From Squalus acanthias (Eukaryota), in assembly GCA_030390025.1 (NCBI GenBank), contig JASTWF010000069.1, positions 248,001 through 312,000 on the forward strand: a stretch of 64,000 nt of DNA, written 5' to 3'. Position numbers and translations under genes: made by a program. The stretch's first letter is position 1. Every line of letters begins with the position of its first letter. The notes below the pieces were generated by a model that was not told the origin of the DNA, did no database searches, and was given only the letters and a program-made list of their open reading frames with translations. Shown piece after piece: positions 35,508-46,742 of this stretch.

Positions 35508-38500
35508 AGCGAGCCCGTTCACCTGTACCGAACTAGCATTAGTGTTTGTGGAAGTCTGTGGGAAAGTCCGAGCCCTCCTGTCGGGAAACTGACGGGACAG
35601 GGTACAACGCTGGTTGAAGTCACCGGAGAGTAATATTGGGCCGGGTGTGAAACCGGCGTCCCACCCGATGCCCTGGCGTCCCCGACCCACAGATTAGTTT
35701 AAAATTCCCCCTCTGTTTCAGCGGGCTGTTGGGTTTAATTGTAGGGAGGCTGCTGCTTGTCAGTCTCCAGTTATCTCTATCGGAAAGCCTGTATCGATCG
35801 CATTGTGGGGCAGTGTGTGTGTGTTCAAGGAGCTGTGGGCTGGCCTGGTGTGTGTGTGATTATTGGAATCTAACCTCTCCCATCGCTCCGGGGCTAGAAT
35901 TGACCAGGGATCTATTTGTGCTGGGGATGGTTCTGAAGCACTCGGTGCTGGGGATGAGTGACCATAGTATGGTGGAGTTCTACATTAGGATGGAGAAGGA
36001 AACAGTTAAGTCAGAGACCATGGTCCAGAACTTAAATAAAGGCAACTTTGAGGGTATGAGGCGTGAATTGGCGAGGTTAAATTGGCAAGCGATATTTAAG
36101 GGGCTATCAGTGGAAGGGCAATGGCAGACATTTAGAGATCGCATGGATGAACTACAACAATTGTACATCCCGGTCTGGCATAAAAATAAAAAAGGGAAGG
36201 TGGCTCAACCATGGCTAACAAGGGAAATCAGGGATAGTATTAAAACCAAGGAAGTTGCATACAAATTGGCCAGAAGTAGCAGCAAACCCGGGGACTGGGA
36301 GAACTTCAAAACTCAGCAGAGGAGGACGAAGGGTTTGATTAGGGCAGGGAAAATAAAATATGAAAGGAAGCTTGCAGAGAACATTAAAATGGACTGCAAA
36401 AGCTTCTATAAATATGTAAAAAGAAAGAGGTTAGTAAAAACAAACGTAGGTCCCCTGCAGTCGGAAACAGGGGAAGTCGTAATGGGGAACAAGGAAATGG
36501 CAGATCAATTGAACAAGTACTTTGGTTCGGTGTTTACTGTGGAGGACACACACAACCTGCCGGAAATAAAAGGGGTCAGAGGATCTGGTAAGAGGGAGGA
36601 GCTGAGGGAAATCCTTATTAGTCGGGAAAAGGTATTGGGGAAATTGATGGGACTGAAGGCTGAAAAATCCCCGGGGCCTGATGGTCTGCATCCCAGAGTA
36701 CTTAAGGAGGTGGCCTTGGAAATAGTGGATGCATTGACGATCATTTTCCAACATTCCTTAGACTCTGGATCAGTTCCGATGGAGTGGAGGGTGGCCAATG
36801 TAACCCCTCTTTTTAAAAAAGGAGGGAGGGAGAAAGCAGGGAATTATAGACCGGTCAGCCTGACATCGGTCGTGGGTAAAATGATGGAAGCAATTATTAA
36901 AGATTTCATAACAGACCATTTGGAAAGTGGCGACATGATAGGTCCAAGTCAGCATGGATTTGTGAAAGGGAAATCATGCTTGACAAATCTTCTGGAATTT
37001 TTTGAGGATGTTTCCAATAGGGTGGACAGGGGGGAACCAGTAGATGTGGTGTATTTGGACTTTCAGAAGGCCTTCGACAAGGTCCCACACAAGAGATTGG
37101 TGAGCAAAGTTAAAGCACATGGGATTGGGGGTAATGTGTTGACGTGGATTGAGAACTGGTTGGCACACAGGAAACAAAGAGTAGGAGTAAATGGGTACTT
37201 TTCAGAATGGCAGGCAGTGACCAGCGGGGTACCGCAGGGTTCGGTGCTGGGACCCCAGCTGTTTACAATATATATTAATGATTTGGACGAAGGGATTAAA
37301 TGTAATATCTCCAAATTTGCGGATGACACTAAATTGGGAGGCAGTGTGAACAATGAGGAGGATGCTAGGAGGCTACAGAGTGACTTGGACAGGTTGGGTG
37401 AATGGGCAAATGTATGGCAGATGAAGTACAATGTGGATAAATGTGAGGTTATCCACTTTGGTGGTAAAAATAGAGAGGCGGACTATTACCTGAATGGTGG
37501 CAGATTAGGGAAAGGGGACGTGCAACGAGACCTGGGCATCATGGTACATCAGTCACTGAAGGTGGGAATGCAAGTGCAGCAGGCAGTCAAGAAAGCAAAC
37601 GGAATGATGGCCTTCATAGCAAGGGGATTTGAGTACAGGAGTAGGGAGGTGATGCTACAGTTGTACAGGGCCTTGGTGAGGCCACACCTGGAGTATTGTG
37701 CGCAGTTTTGGTCTCCTAACTTAAGGAAGGACATTCTTGCTATTGAGGGAGTGCAGCGAAGGTTCACTAGATTGATTCCTGGGATGGCCGGACTGACATA
37801 TCAAGAAAGATTGGGTCAACTGAACTTGTATCCTCTGGAGTTCAGAAGAATGAGGGGGGATCTTATAGAGACATTTAAAATCCTGACTGGTTTAGACAAA
37901 TTAGATGCGGGCAGAATGTTCCCAATGGTAGGGAAAACTAGAACCAGGGGTCACAGTCTAAGGATTAAGGGGAAGCCATTTAGGACTGAGCTGAGGAGGA
38001 ACTTCTTCACCCAGAGAGTGGTGAATCTATGGAATTCTCTTCCACAGAAGGTTGTTGAGGCCAGTTCGCTAAATATATTCAAAAGGGAGTTAGATATAAC
38101 ACTCACAACTAAGGGGATCAAGGGGTATGGCGAGAAAGCAGGAATGGGGTACTGAGGTAGCATGTTCAGCCATGAACGCATTGAATGGCGGTGCAGGCTC
38201 GAAGGACCGAATGGTCTACTCCTGTACCTATTTTCTATGTTTCTATGTTTCTATGAAGGTCTCTGCTGTTAGTTTTGTGAGTGTGTCCCGGTCTGTTAAT
38301 GGTTTATTCTGTCTCTAGATCCTGGACTCTCTACTGGAGCAGCAGTTGGATTGGGAATCGGAATTCTTACTCTTCTTACTCTTGCTGTCATTGGGGTTTT
38401 CCTGATCCGAAAGCGACGGTGGTGAGTTCTAGAATGTGCCGCAGTTTCCATTGTTGATTCTAGTTTTGTTCTATTACACTTTGTGTTTAAAGATGTTGTA

Positions 38501-40989
38501 TGCAGCGATACACTTTGAGCTGTGTGCGATGCTTCAATGTAGCATTATCCCGTCACTTCCAGCTTGTTGTCATCTCTGTTGCTCCGTTCACTAGCCACCG
38601 ACTCCATCCCTCTCCCTGGCCACTGTCTGAGGCTGAACCAGTTCACAACCTCGGTGTCTTATTAGACCCTGAGCTGAGCTTCCGACCCGTATCCTCTCCA
38701 TCACCAAGACCGCCTACTTCCACCTCCGTAACATCGCCCGTCTCCGCCCCTACCTCAGCTCATCTGCTGCTGAAACCCTCATCCATGCCTTATCGCAAAA
38801 CTTGACCATTCCAAAACTCTCCTTTCTGTATCCTAACTCACACCAAGTCCCGTTCACCCATCACCCTCTGTGTTCACTGACCTACATTCATCCTCATGTT
38901 CAAATCCCTCCATGGCCTCCTCCAGCCCCACAACCCTCCGAGATCTCTGCACTCCTCCAATTCTGGCCTCTTGAGCATCCCTGATTTCCATCGCTCCACC
39001 ATTGGCGGCCGTGCCTTCAGCCGCCTGGACCCGAAGGTCTGGAATTCCCTCCCTAAACCTCTCCGCCTCTCTCTCTCCTCCTTTAAGATGCTCCTTAAAA
39101 CCTACCTCTTTGACCAAGTTTTTGGTCGCCTGTCCTAATATCTCCTTATGTGGCTCGCTGTCAAATTTTGTTTGATAATCGCTCCTGTGAAGCACCTTGG
39201 GCGATAAAGGCGCTATATAAATTCAAGTTGTTGCTCTATCTCCACTTGCGCTTAAATTTTTCAAACCACCCCCTTGACCCAGCCATCAGTGATTCCAATC
39301 ACTGAGAAGACCATCCTGGATTTCCTCGTCTCCCTCAACATCCACCTCTCCCTGCCCACCTCTTACCCCCCCCCACTTCCCCCTTTGCCCCCCGATGGGG
39401 AGAAGGAACTATTGCTGGGATCTCTAACTCTTCTCTGGTCTTTCCCCGTCACGATATTTCTGCCTCCGTTAGCCTGTTTGGCCACTGCTAGAACAGGCTT
39501 GACCACATCAAGAAATACCATCTCCATCTGTGGCTCTCAGTACTTCAGGATCAGCCTGGAGAGTACGGACATGCCCAACATCCTCCTGTCTGATCTGATC
39601 CCCATCATCTTTTACTCATTTACTAGAGTTCTTTGATGTAACGAGCAGGGTGGATAAAGGCGAACCAGTAGATGTAGTGTATTTGGATTTCCAGAAGGTA
39701 TTCGATAAGGTGCCACATAAAAGGTTACTGCACAAGATAAGAGCTCACGGGGTTGGGGGTAATATATTAGCATGGATAGAGGATTGGCTAACTAACAGAA
39801 AAGAGAGAGTTGGGATAAATGGGTCATTTTCTGGTTGGCAAACTGTAACTAGTGGGGTGCCACAGGGATCAGTGCTGGGTCCTCAACTATTTACAACCTA
39901 TATTAATGACTTGGATGAAGGGACCGTGTGTAATGTAGCCAAATTTGCTGATGATACAAAGATAGGTGGGAACACAAGTTGTGAGGAGGACACAGAGTCT
40001 GCAAAGGGATATGGATAGGCTAAGTGAGTGGGCAAAAATTTGGCAGATGGAGTATAATGTGGGAAAATGTGAGGTTATCTACTTTGGGGGGAAAAATAAA
40101 AAAGCAAATTATTTAAATGGAGAGAGACTACATAATGCTGCGGTACAGAGGGATCTGGGGGTCCTCATACATGAAACACAAAGTTATCATGCAGGTACAG
40201 CAAGTAATTAGGAAGGCAAATGGAATGTTGGCCTTTATTGCAAGGGGGATGGAGTATAAAAGTAGGGAAGTCTTGCTACAACTGTACAGGGCGCTGGTGA
40301 GACCACACCTGGAGTACTGCGTGCAGTTTTGGTCTCCTTATTTAAGGAGGGATAGGGATATACTTGCATTGGAGGCAGTTCAGAGAAGGTTCACTAGGTT
40401 AATTCCTGGGATGAAGGGGTTGTCTTATGAAGAAAGGTTGAGCAGGTTGGGTCTATACTCATTGGAGTTTAGAAGAATGAGAGGCGCTCTTATTGAAACG
40501 TTTAAGATTCTGAGGGGGCTCGACAGGGTAGATGCAGGGAGGATTTTTCCCCTCATGGGGGTATCTAGAATTTGGGGACACAGTTTCCGGATAAGGGGTC
40601 GCCCATTTAAAACGGAGATGAGGAGGAATTTCTTCTCTGAGGTTCGTGAATCTTTGGAATTCTCCACCCCAGAGAGCTGTGGAGGCTGGGTCATTGAATA
40701 TATTCAAGGTGGAGATAGACAGATATTTCAGCTACAGGGGAGTCGAGGGTTATGGGGAGCGGGCGGGAACGTGGCATTCAGGCCAAGATCAGATCAGCCA
40801 TGATCTTATTGAATGGTGGGGCAGGCTCGAGGGGTGGAATGGCCGACTCCTGATCCTATTTCTTATGTTCTCATCAATTCTTCTTAATCTCCAAAATTGA
40901 GGCTAGCTGTCATTTTTCTATTTCTCTGGTGCCTCAGGCAGCACGGGTCCTGTGGAGTGTACAGCTCCTGCCCATTGCCTCCCCTATAA
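35508..40989 (+). pseudogene. Relic receptor gene B: broken linker exon (35508-35536), TM exon (38319-38421), tail exon (40938-40989); no leader or V exon
   Basis: ag|AGCGAGCCCGTTCACCTGTACCGAAC-TAG (donor deleted); TM DPGLSTGAAVGLGIGILTLLTLAVIGVFLIRKRR; tail identical to gene A. Confidence 0.8.
35951..38255 (+). mobile_element. Young 5'-truncated CR1 LINE with an uninterrupted RT frame
   Basis: Open frame to 38155 (SDH..., KSPGPDG, DFQKAFD, FADD), (TTTCTATG)n tail; exact empty site ctcggtgctg|aaggtctc at ~18680 and ~50310. Confidence 0.95.
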
Positions 40990-41611
40990 ACCTCCTCTCC
41001 TCTACACTCTGTGCTCCATCAACGTGCAGCTCCTGTGACACATTTTCCAGCTACCAGTGGTGCCCAGGATGTTGTGTAATTTAATCGGTCTGCGCTCCTG
41101 AACGGCTCCTTTACACACTTGTCCAAAGTGTTGGATCCTTTTAACGTAACCTGCACTCTGCTGGTTTCTCTCCTAGGAAACAAAATAGAGACTCCAGCAA
41201 TCCAGAAGCAGCACCTACTGACGACCCTTTGACAAACGTGCCTTGTTCGGATGAAGCACGGGGCCTTGTGACAACAGCAGCTGAGCATCAGAATGGAGCG
41301 GCTGGAGAACAAAACCTTCCGGGGAACCTGGCTGTCCAGCACTGACTGAGCTTAGACACTAATGCCGCGATATACAATAGAATAAAATAACGATCGGACA
41401 GCTTTTCTAGTGAAGGGGCAACACTTCCATTGGGAGCATATCTCCTCTGAGACTGTGCTGGTGAGAGGGGGAAGTGACTGCTGATCCCAATCCTGAGCTG
41501 AGACTTTGCTCCAGGAGTCACTCGATAGAATGGCCTCCTTCTGTGCTGTGCTATTCTATGATTCTATGATTACCACAATACCGGGCTGCTCTGCCCCTCC
41601 CTGACCCAGGC

Positions 41612-42218
41612 AACGCCCCGGTAGTGCCTCAGACCGGATATTGAGTGGCACCCCCTGCCTTCGCGCCTGCCGCTCGGAACGACAGGTAGAGGGGAACGTT
41701 TTCAAGTCGGGAAGGGGCTGGGGGAGCGCTATTTAAAGGCGGGCGCTTCTTGCCTTTTCTTGTCGGCAAAACTTTTGGTTTTAACGCTGTCCTGAGGAGT
41801 TTTGGCCCTCAGCACCACTTTTGAGGTTCCTAAGCGCCGAGCTCTTTCCCTGGGCCTATCCATTAGTGCTTCCAACACAATTGCTTTTGAGGTCTCTCCA
41901 GGCTGAGATTCAAGGCTGCAATGAGCAGGGAGTGGCTGGCCAGCAAGATGGCCCCTCCCCTTTAAGAACTGGACGGCGCCAGTCTGGCTTCCATGGTAAG
42001 TGACATCGCCTGAGCTTCAGTAGCGTTCTGAGGTAGCACCTCGCTCCCTGACGTTTGCGCCTTGAGAGGTGTGTAGCGCCTGATTTAGCGCTCAAATCAC
42101 CTCCAGGGGCGATGGAGGCGAATTTTGCAGTCGGAGGTGATTATTAGCACCGGGCGCTAAACTTTGTGCCCGGCCGATATGGGCACCCCAAAATGGGCGA
42201 TACCGAATTTTTCCCCCT
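41612..42218. mobile_element. GC-rich truncated non-autonomous DNA-transposon-like segment, unit B only
   Basis: Ends in gaatttttccccc, like the other TIR elements here; replaces the sequence found in A and C; no left TIR seen. Confidence 0.4.
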
Positions 42219-42619
42219 AGATGTTTTACAGATTGAAACTGTCTACAGCAAAAAAATTATGCATTTATATTTGAATATTGCTTTTCTATATGAATTTTAC
42301 AATCCAAGCAGTGATTAAAGAGAAGCCGGTCTTCATATTTGTCAGTGGATGTGTAGAATCATAGAAGGACACAGCAGAGACAGAGGCCTCTATTTATAAA
42401 CCCATGGACCTGTACCTGGCCACTGGCTCTTAATGATTCGTGAACATTGGACTCCCAAATCACTCTGCTCTACAGTTCCTCATCTCTCACTGTTTTATAC
42501 ACACAATTCATATTCTCAATATTTTACATATGTCTTGACACGACTGATACTGCCTTACTGAGCAAAAATTGTTTGTTTCTTTGTGTGTATATATATATAT
42601 CTATATATATAATATATTT

Positions 42620-42961
42620 CGGCCCGTATTCTGTGGGGCATACGCACCCGTAAGGGTCCTGCAAGTTCCGGGTTTTCATGCGTGAAGCGCACGCGCGAAA
42701 ACCCGGAACGTGCGATCTGTCAAGAATCCTTTTGACCGATCGTAGCCATTCCCGGGAAAAGGGCATTCGCGGTTGGAGACGTGGGCTATTTTCCCAACTA
42801 CTGCCCAGCGCATGCCCGTGAAATTCTTGTGCTGGTAAAAAGCCTGGTTGGGCCAGCATACACGTAGAGGCCCAGGAAGGCGAGTCGACATGGATCCCGG
42901 GGAACCAGGTAGGCGTGGATTTTATTCGGGTTCGGAGGCATTTCACCGCAAATTCAGGCCC
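42620..42961. mobile_element. MITE-like element
   Basis: Imperfect TIRs ggcccgtatt / aattcaggcc; truncated copies at ~24105-24380 and ~55770-56045. Confidence 0.5.
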
Positions 42962-45249
42962 TTTGTGTAAATAAATAAATGTATATAATGTGTCTGCCTT
43001 TCTCTCTCCTGTATACTGGAATGTCACTTTTCTATATGTACATTTTGAACCTGTGATTAAAGGGAAGCCCCTGTTTATACGAGTGGATGTACAGTCTTGC
43101 TTTGTTTAAGGACCGAAAGCAGAGTAACGGTGAATGGTTGTTTTTCAGACTGGAGGGAGGTATACAGTGGTGTCCAAGGGCTTGCTGTTGGGACCACTGC
43201 TCTTTTGATGTATATTAATGACCTAGTCTTGGGTATACAGGGCATCATTTCAAAGTTTGCAGATGACATGGAACTCTGAAATGTAATAAGACAGCGAGAT
43301 GGGGCAGGAACAGACTTCAGGAGGATCGAGAGCGAGACAGACTGAATCATAGAATAGAATCAGAGAAATTTACAGCACAGGAGGAGGCCATTCGACTCAC
43401 TGTGTCTGTGCCGGCCGAATGAGCTATCCAGTCTAATCCCACTTTCCAGCTCTTGGTCCATGGCCCTGTAGGTTACGGCACTTCAAGTGCATATCCAAGA
43501 ACTTTTTAAATGTGATGAGGGTTTCTGCCTCTACCACCCTTTCAGGCAGTGAGTTCCAGACCCCCACCACCCTCTGGGTGAAAAAAGTTCTCCTCAACTC
43601 CCCTCTAATCCTTCTACCAATTACTTTAAATCTCTGCCCCCTGGTTATTGACCTCACTGCTAGGGGAAATAGGTCCTTCCTATCCACTCTATCTAAGCCC
43701 CTCATCATTTTATACACCTCAATTAAGTCCTTCCCTCAACCTCCTCTGTTCCAAAGAAAACAACCCCAGCCTATCCAATCTTTCCTCATAGCTAAAATTC
43801 TCCAGTCCTGGCAACATCCTCGTAAATCTCCTCTGCACCCGCTCTAGTGCAATCACGTCTTTCCTGTAATGTGGTGACCAGAACTGTGCACAGTACTCTA
43901 GCTGTGGCCTAACCAGCGTTTTATACAATTCAAGCATAACCTCCCTGCTCTTATATTCTATGCCTCGGCTAATAAAGGAAAGTATCCCGTATGCCTTCTT
44001 AACCACCTTATCTACCTGTCCGGTTACCTTCAGGGGTCTGTGGACATGCACTCCAAGGAGCCTCTGTTCCTCTACAAGTCTCAGTATCCTACCATTTATT
44101 GTGTATTCCCTTGCCTTGTTAGCCCTCCCCAAATGCATTACCTCACACTTCTCCAGTTTGAGTTCCATTTACCACTTCTCTGCCCACCTGACCAGTCCAT
44201 CGATATCTTCCTGCAGTCCACAGCTTTCTTCCTCATTATCAACCACATTGCCAATTTTTGTATCATCTGCAAAATTCTTAATCATGCCCCCTACATTGAA
44301 GTCTAAATTACTGATATATACCACAAAAAGCAAGGGGCCTAGTACAGAACCCCACTGGAAACAGCCTTCCAGTCACAGAAACACCCGTCGGCCATTACCC
44401 TTTGTTTCCTGCCACTGAGCCAATTTTGGATCCAACTTGCCACGTTCCCGTGGATCCCGAGAGCTTTTACTTTTCTGACCAGTCTGCCATGTGGGACCTT
44501 GTCAAAAGCCTTGCTAAAATCTATGTAGAGTACATCAACCCGACAATCCTATGGGGAGCACCTTCACCACACGGGACGGCGGCGGTTCAAGAAGAAGGCC
44601 CGCCAACACTTTCTCAAGGGACGACGAGGGATGGGCAATAAATGCCGGCCTTGCCAGCGACATCTCGAGAATTATTATTTCAAAAATGTGGCAACTCATT
44701 CGTTCCACTGCTTTTACATCCAGTAGATTGTGCTCCATTATGAAGACCCTTTTTATATGGACGGGTCCTTAGCCTGATGAACAATGCCCTACCAGGAGGG
44801 TCCGGCTAGATACGATGGGTGTCGGGTTGACACTCCACTCCCATCGGGCACCAGAACCTCGCTGGATGTCAACCCAGTATTCAGAGACTGGAATTCTCGC
44901 CTCCGCTCGCCAGGGTAGAGGTAACAAGTCGGGATCGGAATAAAGAGGTAAAAAGGTGTCTGGTGAAAAAGCCACAGCCATGAGGAGGTTCAATGTGTCT
45001 CAGATACTGGAACAAGCCCAGCAGCAACCAATGGAGGGTTCAATGTGTCCTGGACACTGAAGTAAACTCAATCACAATGATGAGGAAGGTCGAGTTGATC
45101 CTGGAGAATGCTTGCAATCAGAAGTAGTGTGTCTGGAGGCCACACGGACAGTCAAACATGATCCAAATCATAGCAACACGAGGAGAGACCCCCAACCAAC
45201 AGTCCAATGAATCTCGGAAAGGTAATTCCCATTTTCAGTTTTCTCACTT

Positions 45250-46160
45250 TACACACAGCAAGGTCCCACAAACAGCACTGAGATAAATGACCAGTTAATC
45301 TGTTTTGGATGTTGCCTGAGGGATAAATATTGGCCTGAGGACACCGGGGAGAACTCCCCTGCTCTTCTTTGAAATGATGGCCGTCCACCCGAGAGGCCTT
45401 GTTTAACGTTTCATCTGAAAGACGGCACCTCCGACAGTGCGGCCCTGCCTCAGTACTGCCCCTCTGACAGTGTGGCGCTCCCTCAGTTCTGCCCCTCTGA
45501 CAGTGCGGAGCTCCCTCAGTACTGCCACTCCGACAGTGCGGTGCTCCCTCAGTACTGCTCCTCCGACAGTGCGGCGCTCCCTCAGTACTGCCCCTCCGAC
45601 AGTGCGGCACTCCCTCAGTACTGCCCCTCTGACAGTGCGGTGCTCCCTCAGTACTGCCCCTCCGACAGTGCGGCGCTCCCTCAGTACTGCCCCTCCGACA
45701 GTGCAGCGCTCCCTCAGTACTGCCCCTCCGACAGTGCAGCGCTCCCTCAGTACTGCCCCTCCGACAGTGCGGCGCTCCCTCTGTACCGCCCCTCCGACAG
45801 TGCAGCGCTCCCTCAGTACTGCCCCTCCGACAGTGCGGCGCTCCCTCTGTACCGCCCCTCCGACAGTGCGGTGCTCCCTCAGTACTGCTCCTCCGACAGT
45901 GCAGCGCTCCCTCAGTACTGCCCCTCCGACAGTGCGGCGCTCCCTCTGTACTGCCCCTCCGACAGTGCGGTGCTCCCTCAGTACTGCCCCTCCGATAGTG
46001 CGGCGCTCCCTCTGTACCGCCCCTCCGACAGTGCGGCGCTCCCTCAGTACTGCCCCTCCGACAGTGCAGCGCTCCCTCAGTACTGCCCCTCCGACAGTGC
46101 GGCGCTCCCTCAGTACCGCCCCTCCGACAGTCCCTCAGTACTGCCTCTCCGACAGTGCAT
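45250..46160 (-). repeat. Deu-SINE fragment plus 33-bp minisatellite (~22 units, 45428-46160)
   Basis: Same unit and context as 11536-12190. Confidence 0.9.
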
Positions 46161-46307
46161 CGCTCCCATCGACAAACTTGTGCAAAACTTCATGCTCCGC
46201 TATTCGCCAAACTACTTGTAAATCTGGGACTGGGGCATTCCCTTTGTAGGTACAGGGCCGCACAACCTGCTCCCCAAGGAACACAGAAACTCTGACAGGC
46301 AAAGAAC
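46158..46307 (-). pseudogene. Truncated IgV pseudo-exon (psiV2), inverted, upstream of gene C
   Basis: ttccag|GSLPVRVSVFLGEQVVRPCTYKGNAPVPDLQVVWRIAEHEVLHKFVDGSD, then minisatellite. Confidence 0.9.
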
Positions 46308-46549
46308 CTGGAAAAGATTCAAAGTGTTTATCCACAGATATAACCTCCCTGCTGTGAATCTTTTATTCAAACCAATAATACCAATTACATAGTAAAACCA
46401 TTACATTCATCCATCACAGTAAATACAGTACAAATACCGCCAAAGAATAGAACACAATTAATTGTGTTTTTTCCTCCACTCTGTGACTTACAATCCCCCA
46501 ACTTCACTTGGTTCCACCGCAAGAAGCTTATATACTACAACTGTAACTG

Positions 46550-46742
46550 GGTGAGTCAGAGAGGCGGCCTAACCACAGGTGACGTCCATCCGGGGCTGTG
46601 ATTGGCCGCCAGGGGTGTGAGTCAGAGCGACCATTGCTCCGCCCAAGTCCTGCGCAGCGCATCCGGCACAGTGAATGTAAATTCTCCAGTGTGTGATGTG
46701 ACCATTGTCCACAGTGAAGAGAGACTCCGGGCAGAGCGAGCG
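46550..46742 (+). promoter_or_regulatory. Putative promoter of gene C (AP-1, X1/X2-like CRE, inverted CCAAT)
   Basis: TGAGTCA (46552-46558, 46618-46624), CCTAACCACAGGTGACGTC (46568-46586), ATTGG (46601-46605). Confidence 0.5.

Noticed and set aside
35729-38155. 808-aa ORF as a signal-peptide/RT fusion gene
   Set aside because: It begins at a TTG in intron sequence. The first ~74 codons are chance in-frame read-through into an inserted CR1.
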